Assembly (NCBI GenBank): GCA_963795085.1 | Contig: CAWCFX010000001.1 | Location: 800,001-864,000, forward strand | DNA: 64,000 bases | Direction: 5' to 3' | Source: an uncultured Gemmatimonadales bacterium | GTDB taxonomy: Bacteria; Gemmatimonadota; Gemmatimonadetes; Gemmatimonadales; GWC2-71-9 | Shown: piece after piece, positions 28,937 through 38,230 of the stretch | Numbering within the stretch: position 1 is the first letter of the stretch | Layout of the letters: the number at the start of each line of letters is the position of its first letter | Position numbers and translations under genes: made by a program | Notes under the pieces: model-generated | What the model was told of the DNA's origin: nothing | Database searches by the model: none | Seen by the model: the letters and a program-made list of their open reading frames with translations, nothing else

Positions 28937-30283
28937 ATGGCGGTCATCGCTCCACCCACCCACGTGATCACCCAGACGCACGCGGAGGTCACCCGCGACG
29001 TCGTGGGCACGCTGAGCACGCCGAGCCGGGGCTACATGCTCCTGCTGGGCGGCGCGGTCGCGCTCTTCCTGGTCGGCCTGGTGACGTTCGTGATCGAACT
29101 CCGGGTCGGGCTGGGCGTGGCGGGCTACACGCCGCCGGTCATGTGGCTGGTGTACATCACGACCTTCGTGTTCTGGGTCGGCATCGGACACGCGGGGACC
29201 CTGATCAGCGCCATCCTGTTCCTGTTCCGCTCGCCCTGGCGCACCGTGGTGTACCGGGCCACCGAGGCGATGACCGTGTTCGCCGTCATGACCGCGGCGC
29301 TGTTTCCCATCATCCACATCGGGCGCCAGTGGTTCTTCTACTGGCTGCTGCCCTATCCCAACCAGCGGTTCCTGTGGCCCAACTTCAAGTCGCCGCTGGT
29401 GTGGGACGTGTTCGCCATCAGCACCTACCTCACGGTCTCCACCACCTTCCTGGTGGTGGGGCTGGTCCCCGATCTCGCCGCGGTGCGCGACAAGGTGGGC
29501 GGCTGGCGCAGCAAGGTGTACCAGATGTTCGCCATCGGGTGGAAGGGCACCGACAACCAGTGGCGCCATTACAGCCGGGCCTATCTCTACCTGGCCGCGC
29601 TGGCCACCCCGCTGGTGCTCTCGGTCCACTCGGTGGTGAGCTGGGACTTCGCCATGAGCATCGTGCCCGGCTGGCACGGGACCATTTTCGCGCCCTACTT
29701 CGTGGCCGGCGCCATCTATTCCGGCATCGGGATGGTCTTCACCCTGCTGATCCCGCTCCGCCGGGCGCTCAAGCTGGAGCACATGATCACCGAGTATCAC
29801 TTCGATAACCTGGCGAAGCTGACGCTCCTCACCGGCTCCATCCTCGCCTACGCCTACGCGATGGAATACTTCGTTGCCTGGTACAGCGGGAACGTGTTCG
29901 AACAGACCACCTTCTTCCGCCGCGCCTTCGGGCCCCAGTGGTGGGCCGGCTGGTCCATGATCATCTGCAACGCCTTCGTGTCCCAGCTGCTCTGGTTCCG
30001 GAAGATCCGCACCAACATGACGGCGCTGTTCATCATCTCGATCTTCATCAACATCGGGATGTGGTTCGAGCGGTACGTGATCATCGCCAGCTCGCTGGCC
30101 AACGATTACCTGCCCTACGCCTGGGGCCAGGCCAACCCGACCTGGGCCGACTGGGGCATCCTGCTCGGCTCCTTCGGCTGGTTCGGGATGTGGTTCCTGA
30201 TGTTCGCCCGCACCTTCCCGATCGTCGCCATCCAGGAGATCAAGGAATTGATTCCCTTCCCCCGGCGGAAAGGGGCGCACTGA
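28937..30283 (+). CDS. actC: Alternative complex III NrfD/PsrC-type quinol-binding membrane subunit
   Basis: 'FWVGIGHAGTLISAIL', 'SPLVWDVFAISTY', 'PLVLSVHSVVS'. Confidence 0.95.
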   Translation: MAVIAPPTHVITQTHAEVTRDVVGTLSTPSRGYMLLLGGAVALFLVGLVTFVIELRVGLGVAGYTPPVMWLVYITTFVFWVGIGHAGTLISAILFLFRSPWRTVVYRATEAMTVFAVMTAALFPIIHIGRQWFFYWLLPYPNQRFLWPNFKSPLVWDVFAISTYLTVSTTFLVVGLVPDLAAVRDKVGGWRSKVYQMFAIGWKGTDNQWRHYSRAYLYLAALATPLVLSVHSVVSWDFAMSIVPGWHGTIFAPYFVAGAIYSGIGMVFTLLIPLRRALKLEHMITEYHFDNLAKLTLLTGSILAYAYAMEYFVAWYSGNVFEQTTFFRRAFGPQWWAGWSMIICNAFVSQLLWFRKIRTNMTALFIISIFINIGMWFERYVIIASSLANDYLPYAWGQANPTWADWGILLGSFGWFGMWFLMFARTFPIVAIQEIKELIPFPRRKGAH

Positions 30284-30795
30284 TGGCTACCACCGTCCCC
30301 GGCGTGCTCGCCTCGTTCGTCTATGTCGATGCGGCGGTCGGCGCCATCCGGGCCATCAAGCAGCAGGGCCGGAGCGACCTGACCGTGTACTCCGCGGCGC
30401 CCAACCACGAAATCGAAGCGGCCCTGGGCCACAAGGTGAGCCCGGTCCGGCTCTTTACCCTGGTCGGCGGCGTCACCGGCGTCATCGCGGGGCTGGCCAT
30501 GACCTACTGGATGTCGCTGGACTGGCCGCTCAACGTCGGCGGCAAGCCGATCGCCACGGTGCCCCCCTATGTCGTGTTCATGTTCGAGCTGATGGTGCTG
30601 GCCGGCGCCCTCGCCACGGTGGCGGGCGTCGTGATCCTGTCCGCCCTCTACCGGAAGAAAGGGGCGATGTACGATCCCCGGTTCACCGACGACCGGATCG
30701 GCATCTTCGTCCCCTGCGACCCCGCCGACGCGTCGGCGGTGGAAAACCTGCTCCGGAAGTTCGGCGCTGAGGAGATCCGACATGCGACGGCCTGA
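30283..30795 (+). CDS. actD: Alternative complex III subunit D (DUF3341)
   Basis: ATG overlaps the actC stop; two TMs; 'WPLNVGGKP', 'FELMVL', 'DPRFTDD'. Confidence 0.9.
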   Translation: MATTVPGVLASFVYVDAAVGAIRAIKQQGRSDLTVYSAAPNHEIEAALGHKVSPVRLFTLVGGVTGVIAGLAMTYWMSLDWPLNVGGKPIATVPPYVVFMFELMVLAGALATVAGVVILSALYRKKGAMYDPRFTDDRIGIFVPCDPADASAVENLLRKFGAEEIRHATA

Positions 30796-31372
30796 GCGGC
30801 GGGCGCGGCTGGCCCTGTTCCTGACCCTGGGGCTCGGCGCCTGCCAGTTCTACTACGACAAGGTCCCCTCGCCCGACGACCTGATGCACATCGTGCCCTG
30901 GTTCGACGCCATGATCGGCGGGCCGGCGGTGCACCCCTACGAGTCGGGCGACCTGCCCCGCTACACCGTACCGGGAACCGTCCCGGTCACCGGCGGCGAG
31001 GCCGACTACGAGGCCGACTGGCGGGCGGCCCGCACCGCCCAGGCCGACGCCCTGGCCAACCCGACCGATCGCTCGGTCACGGCGCGGGGCGATTCCGCCT
31101 ACCAGACGTTCTGCGCCACCTGTCACGGGGCCGCCGGCGCCGGGGATGGGCTGGTCGGCCGCCGGATGGGTGCCCCCAGCCTGCTGACCGACCGGGCCCG
31201 CGCCTTCTCCGACGGCTATCTCTATTCCATCATCCGCTACGGCCGCGGCGTGATGCCCCGCTATGGGGACAAGATCTTCAATCCGGAGCATCGCTGGGCG
31301 GTGGTGAACTACCTGCGCATGCTGCAGGCGCAGGGCGCCCAGCCCGCCGCCGCGCCGGGAGCCACGCCATGA
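30782..31372 (+). CDS. actE: Alternative complex III monoheme cytochrome c lipoprotein
   Basis: Lipobox LGAC; CATCH; 'GRGVMPRY'. Confidence 0.9.
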   Translation: MRRPERRARLALFLTLGLGACQFYYDKVPSPDDLMHIVPWFDAMIGGPAVHPYESGDLPRYTVPGTVPVTGGEADYEADWRAARTAQADALANPTDRSVTARGDSAYQTFCATCHGAAGAGDGLVGRRMGAPSLLTDRARAFSDGYLYSIIRYGRGVMPRYGDKIFNPEHRWAVVNYLRMLQAQGAQPAAAPGATP

Positions 31373-32700
31373 CCGAAGCCACCCTGCGCGAACGCCTCCT
31401 CTCCCAGCCGATCGGCGGGCGCTACCAGCCGTTCATGATCATGGGAGCCCTGCTCACGGTGCTGGGCAGCGTGCTGTTCATTCCCGCCCTGATGGGCGAG
31501 CATGCCGGCCGGGCCTGGCACCTGTTCCACGTCAACTGGCTCTTCTTTACCAGCCTGTCCGCCGGCAGCATTGCGCTGGCGGCGGTGCACAAGATCGCCA
31601 ACGCCAAGTGGTCCGGGGTGATCCTTCGCTTCGCGGAGGCCAACGTCGCCTTCCTGCCCCTGTCGTTCATCGGCTTCCTGCTGATCATCGGGCCCGGCTA
31701 CCACCACATCTTCCCCGAGTTCCACGGCCTCGGCCACAGCAAGGAACTCTGGCTCTCCCGGCCCTGGATGTTCTGGCGGCTGTTCATCGGGATCGGCGGC
31801 ATGACGGCCCTGGCCATCCTGCTGGTGCGGGCCGACATGATCGCCGACATGCACGCGCTGGCCTCCCGGGTCTCCGAGAGCACCCGGCGCCGCTTCGACG
31901 CCGCCGCCGGCCGGGCCCGGTACGATGGCAGCGTGGAGAGCGCCATCCGGCAGGAGCGGCGGATCCACCGGCTGGCGCCGGCCTATATCGTGGTGTACGC
32001 GCTGGTCATGACCATGATCGCGTTCGACTTCATCATGGCGCTGCAGCCCCACTGGTTCAGCAACCTGCTGGGCGGGTTCTTCTTCGCGGGGGCGTTCCTG
32101 AGCGGGCACATGCTGCTGGCCCTGACCTCGATGTACGGGGGCCGGGCCACCGGGGTGGCCGACCTCATCTCGCCCAAGCAGCGCCACGACCTGGGCAAGC
32201 TCTGCTTCGGCTTCACCGTCTTCTGGGCCTACCTGATGTGGGCCCAGTTCCTGGTGATCTGGTACGGCAACCTGCCCGAGGAAACCGGGTTCGTCTTTGC
32301 CCGGCTCTGGGGCCCCTGGCTGCCGGTGGGGCGGGCCGTCTTCCTCGGCATGTTCGTGCTGCCCTTCATCGGGCTCCTCGGCGTGAGCCCCAAGAAGTTC
32401 AAGCCCAGCCTGGCGCTGTTCGCGGTGATCAGCCTGACCGCGCTCTGGCTGGAGCGCTACCTGCTGGTGATGCCGTCAGTGACCGCCGCGGAAGGGCCCC
32501 TGTTCGGAATGCCGGAACTGGGCGCCACCCTGCTGCTCGCCGGCCTCTTCCTGCTGGCGTATTGGAGCTTTGCCCAGCGCTATCCCATGGTCTCGCCCCG
32601 GCTCGCGACGATCACGATTGACGGTGAGCGGCACCACGCCGAGACGCCGTTCGAGCACGAGGAGGCGGAATCGGATTACGCGCCGGAGGCGCAGCACTAG
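31369..32700 (+). CDS. actF: Alternative complex III membrane subunit F
   Basis: 'PHWFS', 'HDLGKL', 'QFLVIWYGNLPEE'; multi-TM. Confidence 0.92.
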   Translation: MTEATLRERLLSQPIGGRYQPFMIMGALLTVLGSVLFIPALMGEHAGRAWHLFHVNWLFFTSLSAGSIALAAVHKIANAKWSGVILRFAEANVAFLPLSFIGFLLIIGPGYHHIFPEFHGLGHSKELWLSRPWMFWRLFIGIGGMTALAILLVRADMIADMHALASRVSESTRRRFDAAAGRARYDGSVESAIRQERRIHRLAPAYIVVYALVMTMIAFDFIMALQPHWFSNLLGGFFFAGAFLSGHMLLALTSMYGGRATGVADLISPKQRHDLGKLCFGFTVFWAYLMWAQFLVIWYGNLPEETGFVFARLWGPWLPVGRAVFLGMFVLPFIGLLGVSPKKFKPSLALFAVISLTALWLERYLLVMPSVTAAEGPLFGMPELGATLLLAGLFLLAYWSFAQRYPMVSPRLATITIDGERHHAETPFEHEEAESDYAPEAQH

Positions 32701-32704
32701 ACAA

Positions 32705-32927
32705 AGGGGGCAAAGAGGGCAAGGGGGCAAGAGGGCAAGAGGCTGACCCGCCAGGCTAAGACACCAAAGCGAAGGATCTCTTCCCATCCGGGTGAGATCC
32801 TTCGCTTTTGCCCACTGACCCACTGACCCACTGGCCCACTGATCCACTAACCCACTGACCCACTGGCCCACTGACCCACTGACCCACTGACCCCCTGACC
32901 CACTGACCCACTGACCCACTGACCCCC
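32705..32927. repeat. Composite repeat tract: GGGCAAGA repeats, a 15-bp hairpin, CTGACCCA repeats
   Basis: Hairpin AAAGCGAAGGATCTC(32766-32780)/GAGATCCTTCGCTTT(32794-32808); about 14 CTGACCCA units follow. Confidence 0.88.
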
Positions 32928-32932
32928 TTTAC

Positions 32933-33946
32933 CTACTGCTTCTTCGGCATCGCCAGCCGGTTCATGAGGGCGCGGACCGAGTCGGCGGGACCCCGGATGG
33001 CGACCATCCGGTCGCCGAAGCGCATGGTCATAAGCGCGTCGAGAGCGCTGCTGGCCGAGAGTCCCAGGCTGCTGCGCTGGCCATCCCGGGCCAGCAGGTT
33101 GCTCATCTGGGCGGCGGGGCCTTCCATGGTGCGGATGACTTCGCCGGTGGAAAGCTGCTGTTCGACCGCCACGATGCGTTCCGCCGGCTGCACCCCCTGC
33201 ACCTTGACCTGGACCACCGGCAGTCCGGGCACCGACGCCACCGGGGCTCCCGATTCCTGCTCGGCATCGCCCATGGTGACGATCCGCCACATGCTCTCCG
33301 TCGCCAGCTCGCCCAGGCCCTGCCCGGGCGAGAGCATGGCGCTGTTGGAGGCTGCGAACTCGCTGGTATCCTGGGCGGGCGGAAGGGCATCCACCGCCAC
33401 CGTGAGGTTGAGCGAGGCGAGGGAGTCGGCCACGACGCGCTCCGCCGCCGGCGGGGCGGCCATCGCCGGGCGCGGGGCCGCGGGGCGGGGCGCCGGGGTG
33501 GTGATGACCGTCGCGAGGGGCGAGGATGGCGCCCGGGAACTATCCGGAACGGACAGCAACTGGGCCGCAGCTGTGTCCGGGCCTCGTACCGAGACCAGAT
33601 TCCCCCCGGACGCCTCCCCGCTACCCAGCAACCAGTTGGCCGACCAGCCGAGGCCCAAGGCCCCCAGCAGGCTGGCGGCCCAGATTCCCGCCCGCATGGC
33701 CCGTTGCCGGCTGTGGACCACGCCCCGGGCGCGGGCCCGGATGGTTTCGATTCCTGGAGGTAACGTGACCGGCGGAGCCAGCACCGACAGCAGCGCCGTG
33801 GTCCGGTCCCGCAGGGCGGCGATGCCGTCCCGGTGGGCCTGACAGCGGGCGCAGCCGGCCAGGTGGCTCTCGATTTCCACGCACTGCGACCGGCTCAGGG
33901 CCTGGTCGAGATAGGCGTGCAGTTCGTCCTCAGGAATGTGCGGCAT
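32933..33946 (-). CDS. Zinc-binding anti-sigma factor (zf-HC2) with one TM
   Basis: 'HIPEDELHAYLD...HLAGCARC' (HxxxCxxC); overlaps the sigma factor gene. Confidence 0.85.
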   Translation of the reverse strand: MPHIPEDELHAYLDQALSRSQCVEIESHLAGCARCQAHRDGIAALRDRTTALLSVLAPPVTLPPGIETIRARARGVVHSRQRAMRAGIWAASLLGALGLGWSANWLLGSGEASGGNLVSVRGPDTAAAQLLSVPDSSRAPSSPLATVITTPAPRPAAPRPAMAAPPAAERVVADSLASLNLTVAVDALPPAQDTSEFAASNSAMLSPGQGLGELATESMWRIVTMGDAEQESGAPVASVPGLPVVQVKVQGVQPAERIVAVEQQLSTGEVIRTMEGPAAQMSNLLARDGQRSSLGLSASSALDALMTMRFGDRMVAIRGPADSVRALMNRLAMPKKQ

Positions 33947-34451
33947 TGTCCGTGTGCTCTCTGGCTTCTTCCCGGTCGTGCGCTTCGACCAATCGGCGGC
34001 GGGCCCGCGCCAGGGTGGTGCCCACGGCCCCCACGGCCAGCCCGGTCTGCTGGGCGATCTCCGGGTAGCTCAATCCCGAGTCCCAGAGCAGCAGGACCTC
34101 CCGGTCCCGCGGGGTCATCAGGTTCAGCGCCCGCTGGACCTTGGCCATCTGTTCATCGTGCTCCACCGCGTCGTCCGCCGCCGGTTCCCGGGTCGGCATG
34201 ATCACCGGGTCGGAGGTCAGCAGGGTCAGGTGCCGCTTCCGGCGCACCGCGGCCCGGGCCTCGTCCCGCGCCAGGTTGGCCGCCACCGCGAAGACCCAGG
34301 CCCGCGGTTTTTCCGGCCGGTGCGCCATCGCGCGAACGAAGACCTCCTGGGCCAGGTCCTGCGCGCGGTCCGCGTCCCATACCTTGCGGTAGAGGAAACG
34401 CACGACGGCGTTATAGGTTGTCCGGTACAGGGACTCCAGTTCGTCGTCCAA
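33930..34451 (-). CDS. ECF sigma-70 factor
   Basis: 'AQDLAQEVF', 'AWVFAVAANLARD', 'GLSYPEIA...VGTTLARARRRL'; TTG start after AAGGAG. Confidence 0.92.
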   Translation of the reverse strand: MDDELESLYRTTYNAVVRFLYRKVWDADRAQDLAQEVFVRAMAHRPEKPRAWVFAVAANLARDEARAAVRRKRHLTLLTSDPVIMPTREPAADDAVEHDEQMAKVQRALNLMTPRDREVLLLWDSGLSYPEIAQQTGLAVGAVGTTLARARRRLVEAHDREEAREHTDNAAHS

Positions 34452-34519
34452 GACGGCTCCTTGAAGTGGCGCGGCTGGTTCTAGGACGCCTGAGGGGACA
34501 ATGGGATGCACAAGTAAAG

Positions 34520-34778
34520 GGGGTCAGTGGGCAAGTGGGCAAGTGGGACGGACCCCTGACCCCCTGACCCCCTGTCCCACTGTCCCACTGTCCCCCTGAC
34601 CCACTGACCCACTGTCCCACTGTCCCACTGTCCCACTGACCCACTGTCCCACTGTCCCACTGTCCCACTGTCCCACTGACCCACTGTCCCACTGTCCCAC
34701 TGTCCCACTGCCCACTGCCCACTGACCCACTGACCCACTGTCCCACTGACCCACTGACCCACTGTCCCACTGTCCCCT
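34520..34778. repeat. 8-bp tandem repeat CTGTCCCA/CTGACCCA with a short inverted tract
   Basis: About 27 units at 34555-34775, preceded by inverted AGTGGGCA units. Confidence 0.9.
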
Positions 34779-35524
34779 TATCCCTTCGCAAACACACACC
34801 CCGGGTGCAGCCCCCGCCCCTTGTGGGGCCATTCGCTGCACAGGTCCGGTTTGGCGGGCCTCCCGTCCGGGCGGACTCGGCCATGGAGCGTACAGGCCAC
34901 CCCGTCGTCGGCCAGGAAGTCGCAGGCAGAGATCAGCTCGGCCTCGATGGAAAAGGGGCCGGCCCGCTCGATCTTGCACAGATAAGGCGACTGGCGGGCC
35001 CGGATCCAGCTCTCCAGCCGGGTTTCGTGGGCCTCGCACATGATCTCGATTTCCAGGTCCCGGCAGCAGGCGGCCTTCCGCGTGTGGTCCGCGGTGCGGC
35101 AGGGGGCGCTGGCGCAGGGATTGGGACCGGCGAACACCGGGAGGCTGCGGGCCGGCTGGGGCAGTCGTGCCGGGCTCAACCGGGCGCCGGTGACCACCCG
35201 GAACCGGTCGCCGTCGAGCCGGCGAGGCTGCGCCGGCCGCCGGGTGGGGCGGGGGGTCCGGGACCGGTACCCATACATGGAGCACTCCGCTGTCGCCCCC
35301 TTTTCCTTTAGATGCCGGCAGGGGACATGGAGCACCGCATCCACGAACATGTCCTCCCCGTCATCCCAGGGGTCGCCGAAGTCCACCCGCTGGGTATGAC
35401 CCAGCAGCCAGGTCGCCTCGTGGTCCAGCGAGGCGGCTCCGTTCTCGAATGTTCCGATCCGGAGGGTGACTTTGAGGCGGCGGCACTGCGACCCCATACT
35501 GGGGCAGAGCGGGGGGATGTTCAC
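34778..35524 (-). CDS. Cys-rich protein (YkgJ/CxxCxxCC-like)
   Basis: 'CASAPC...ACCRDL', 'CDFL...CTLHG...KPDLCSEWP'; start uncertain. Confidence 0.6.
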   Translation of the reverse strand: MNIPPLCPSMGSQCRRLKVTLRIGTFENGAASLDHEATWLLGHTQRVDFGDPWDDGEDMFVDAVLHVPCRHLKEKGATAECSMYGYRSRTPRPTRRPAQPRRLDGDRFRVVTGARLSPARLPQPARSLPVFAGPNPCASAPCRTADHTRKAACCRDLEIEIMCEAHETRLESWIRARQSPYLCKIERAGPFSIEAELISACDFLADDGVACTLHGRVRPDGRPAKPDLCSEWPHKGRGLHPGCVFAKG

Positions 35525-35651
35525 CGGGGAGAACTGGTGTATCTTGGACCGTCCGAGTATACTTGTGAAAGCATTCACAAGCTCGGTTTTGGGGGGGTAG
35601 GTTTCGATCGTTTCATCAGCACATACTAATGTTACCGGAGGCCTGACAGCA

Positions 35652-36113
35652 ATGCGTGCGAATTTCCTTCTGGCGGGGTTGGTAGTGGTTCTGGCGGGGT
35701 GTGGCGGCGAGAAAAACCATGATACGGCGGCGGACACGACGGGGGCGATGGCCCCGGCGCCCGCCCCGGCGACCGGCGTCGGCACCACCCACGATGTGAA
35801 CATGGTGCTCGAAGGGTCGGACTACAAGTTCGTCCCCGCGTCGCTGACCATCAAGGCGGGGGACCAGGTGCGGTTCCACGACATGAGCGGCGGCCCGCAC
35901 AACGTGCAGTTCTATCCGGACAGCATCCCGGCCGGCGCCGCGGCGGCGATCGATGCCGGCATGCCGGACAAGATGGGCCCGCTGGCGAGCCCGATGGTCG
36001 AGACCGGGGGCGCCTATACGATCAGCTTCGCCGGCGCGCCCACCGGCGAGTACAAGTACTTCTGCCTGCCGCACCAGGCGATGGGCATGAAGGCGATGAT
36101 CACCGTCCAGTAA
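35652..36113 (+). CDS. Plastocyanin/azurin-family blue copper lipoprotein
   Basis: Lipobox LAGC; type-1 Cu ligands 'PHNV' and 'CLPHQAMGM'. Confidence 0.93.
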   Translation: MRANFLLAGLVVVLAGCGGEKNHDTAADTTGAMAPAPAPATGVGTTHDVNMVLEGSDYKFVPASLTIKAGDQVRFHDMSGGPHNVQFYPDSIPAGAAAAIDAGMPDKMGPLASPMVETGGAYTISFAGAPTGEYKYFCLPHQAMGMKAMITVQ

Positions 36114-36136
36114 GTCCGGACGTTCCGCGCCGCACG

Positions 36137-36168
36137 ACGACCCCCTCACGGGGGTCGTTTTGTTTTTC
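36137..36168 (+). terminator. Intrinsic terminator
   Basis: ACGACCCCC-TCAC-GGGGGTCGT followed by a T tract. Confidence 0.88.
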
Positions 36169-36220
36169 TGCCCGCCACCGGCCGATTGCATCCCGGTCCG
36201 CATCGGGCCACATTGCGAAG

Positions 36221-38230
36221 GTGATGAGACTACTGCGCATCCTCCGCGGGTCCTCCGCCAAGTGGTACGTCCTCGGCATCGCCAGCGCGGTGGCGGCCGG
36301 GTGGATCATGCGCGCGCCAGACCCGCTCCCCCCTCAGCTCGAAGACCGTCACGGCGAGGAGGAAGCCGACCAGCCGCCGGACCCCGAGGCCATCGAGCTG
36401 GTCCTTGCGGCGCGCGCCTTCGACCGGGCGCACGACTCGGTGCGGGCCCGGCAGGCGTACCTCGAGGCCGGAACGGCCCTCTCACCCATCGAGGACTACC
36501 TGCGCCTCCGCGCCGCCCAGCTCTTTCCCGATAGTGCCGATCGCTGGCCGCTGTATCGGCGGGTCCGCACCAGCCCGGCCCGCGAACAGGTCGAACTGGT
36601 CGAGGCCCGGGTGCTCGAAAAACGGCAGGACCTGGCCGGGGCCATCCGCCTCCGCCAGTCCCTGGGGCAGCCGGCCGAGGTGTTCCGGTTGCGCCTGCAG
36701 GCGGAGAGCCCCTCGGGGCGGCGCGGCGTGCTGCGGGACCTGGTGCAGTGGGTGGAGGACTCGGCACAGGCCCCGCCCCGCAGTGCGGTGGCCGGCGCAG
36801 CCTTCTCCTATCGGCAGGACCTTTCCGCCGCTTCCCTCCTCACGCTGGCCCGGGCGGCCTCCCCGGCCACGTCCTCGACCTACTATGCCCTGGCTGAAAC
36901 GCGGGGAGCCCGGCTGGCTACCGCGGACCACGCCGCGTGGGGCGAGGCACTCTTCAACGCCGGAAAGTACCGGGACGCGGCCGGCCGCCTCCGCCGTGTC
37001 TCGGGAGGACCGGCGGAGCCGAAGAGCCTCCTGTTGCGAAGCCGGGCCATGCTCCGGGCCGCGATGCCCGGAGGAAAACCGCTGCTGGCAGAACTCCTTC
37101 GCCGGTTTCCCCGTGATACCACCGCCGTCCCCACCGCGCTCTTCCTGCTGGGCGACCTGGCGCGGGACACCGACGACTACACCGCCGCCCGCCGCTACTG
37201 GAAAGACCTGGGAGTGCGCTTTCCCACCAGCGGCCCGGCGCCCCGTGCCCGTTTTCTCGCCGCCCTGATCCTCTATACCCAGGGAAACCGCTTCGCCGCC
37301 GCCGCCGAGTGGGACTCGCTGTTCACGACGGGGCAGGGCGAGGAGGAAGCCCTGGCCGCCGGGTACTGGGCGGGGCGGGCGTACCAGGAATCGGGCGATT
37401 CGGCCCGGGCCGCGGACCTCTGGCAGCGGGTGCTCACCCGGAGCCGGCTGTCCTACTACAGCCGGCTGGCGCACCGCCGCTTAGGCCGGCGGGATTCCAC
37501 CCTGCAGCGCGGCGACGACAGCTTCGAGAGCACCCGGGAGCTGCGCGCCGCGCGGACCCGGGTGAGCCTGCTGGCGGTCACCGGGCTGGCGCCGGAGCTC
37601 GCCGGCGAGATCACCTGGCTGGCCGCCCGGGCCGGAGACGACCCGACCGACGTGCTGGGTACCGCGGCGATTCTCCGCGACCACAACCGGGCCGCGCTCA
37701 CCGCCCAGCTGGGGTGGCGCGCCCTGGCCAACGGCGCCGCCGACAGCCGGACCTACCGCCTGATCTTTCCGTTGATGTTCGAGGAACCGCTTAGCGCCGC
37801 ATCGAAAGCCGCCGGAGTGGAGCCGGCGCTTTCCGCGGCGCTGATCCGGCAGGAATCATTGTTCGACAGCGCCGCGACTTCCCGTGCCGGTGCCCGGGGC
37901 CTCATGCAGCTGATGCCCTCGGTGGGCAAGGAGCTGGCCCGGCAGGCCCGGATCGGCCGGTGGGACGCCGACTCCCTCTACCAGCCGCGCCGGAACCTCC
38001 AGCTCGGCACCACTCACCTCGCCTGGGCGATCAACCGCTACGGCGGACTGGAGCGGACCCTCGCCGCCTACAACGCGGGGGGCAGCCGGGTGACCCGCTG
38101 GTCGCGGTTCCCCGGCAGCAACGATCCAGAGTTGTTCGTGGAGTGGATTCCGTTTCCCGAGACCCGGACCTACGTGCGCACCGTGCTCCGGAACCTGGAG
38201 TTCTATCGAGGGCTATACGCCTGGAACTGA
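36221..38230 (+). CDS. Soluble lytic transglycosylase with TPR-like repeats
   Basis: 'IRQESLF', 'GARGLMQLMP', 'AAYNAG', 'IPFPETRTYV'. Confidence 0.92.
   Translation: MMRLLRILRGSSAKWYVLGIASAVAAGWIMRAPDPLPPQLEDRHGEEEADQPPDPEAIELVLAARAFDRAHDSVRARQAYLEAGTALSPIEDYLRLRAAQLFPDSADRWPLYRRVRTSPAREQVELVEARVLEKRQDLAGAIRLRQSLGQPAEVFRLRLQAESPSGRRGVLRDLVQWVEDSAQAPPRSAVAGAAFSYRQDLSAASLLTLARAASPATSSTYYALAETRGARLATADHAAWGEALFNAGKYRDAAGRLRRVSGGPAEPKSLLLRSRAMLRAAMPGGKPLLAELLRRFPRDTTAVPTALFLLGDLARDTDDYTAARRYWKDLGVRFPTSGPAPRARFLAALILYTQGNRFAAAAEWDSLFTTGQGEEEALAAGYWAGRAYQESGDSARAADLWQRVLTRSRLSYYSRLAHRRLGRRDSTLQRGDDSFESTRELRAARTRVSLLAVTGLAPELAGEITWLAARAGDDPTDVLGTAAILRDHNRAALTAQLGWRALANGAADSRTYRLIFPLMFEEPLSAASKAAGVEPALSAALIRQESLFDSAATSRAGARGLMQLMPSVGKELARQARIGRWDADSLYQPRRNLQLGTTHLAWAINRYGGLERTLAAYNAGGSRVTRWSRFPGSNDPELFVEWIPFPETRTYVRTVLRNLEFYRGLYAWN

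Noticed and set aside
25745..30280. 1511-aa minus-strand ORF
   Set aside because: Antisense shadow of actB/actC in GC-rich DNA; no motifs.
34411..34884. ORFs with GQWVSG/GQWDSG repeats (also 32476-32919)
   Set aside because: Translations of 8-bp intergenic tandem repeats, not credible proteins.
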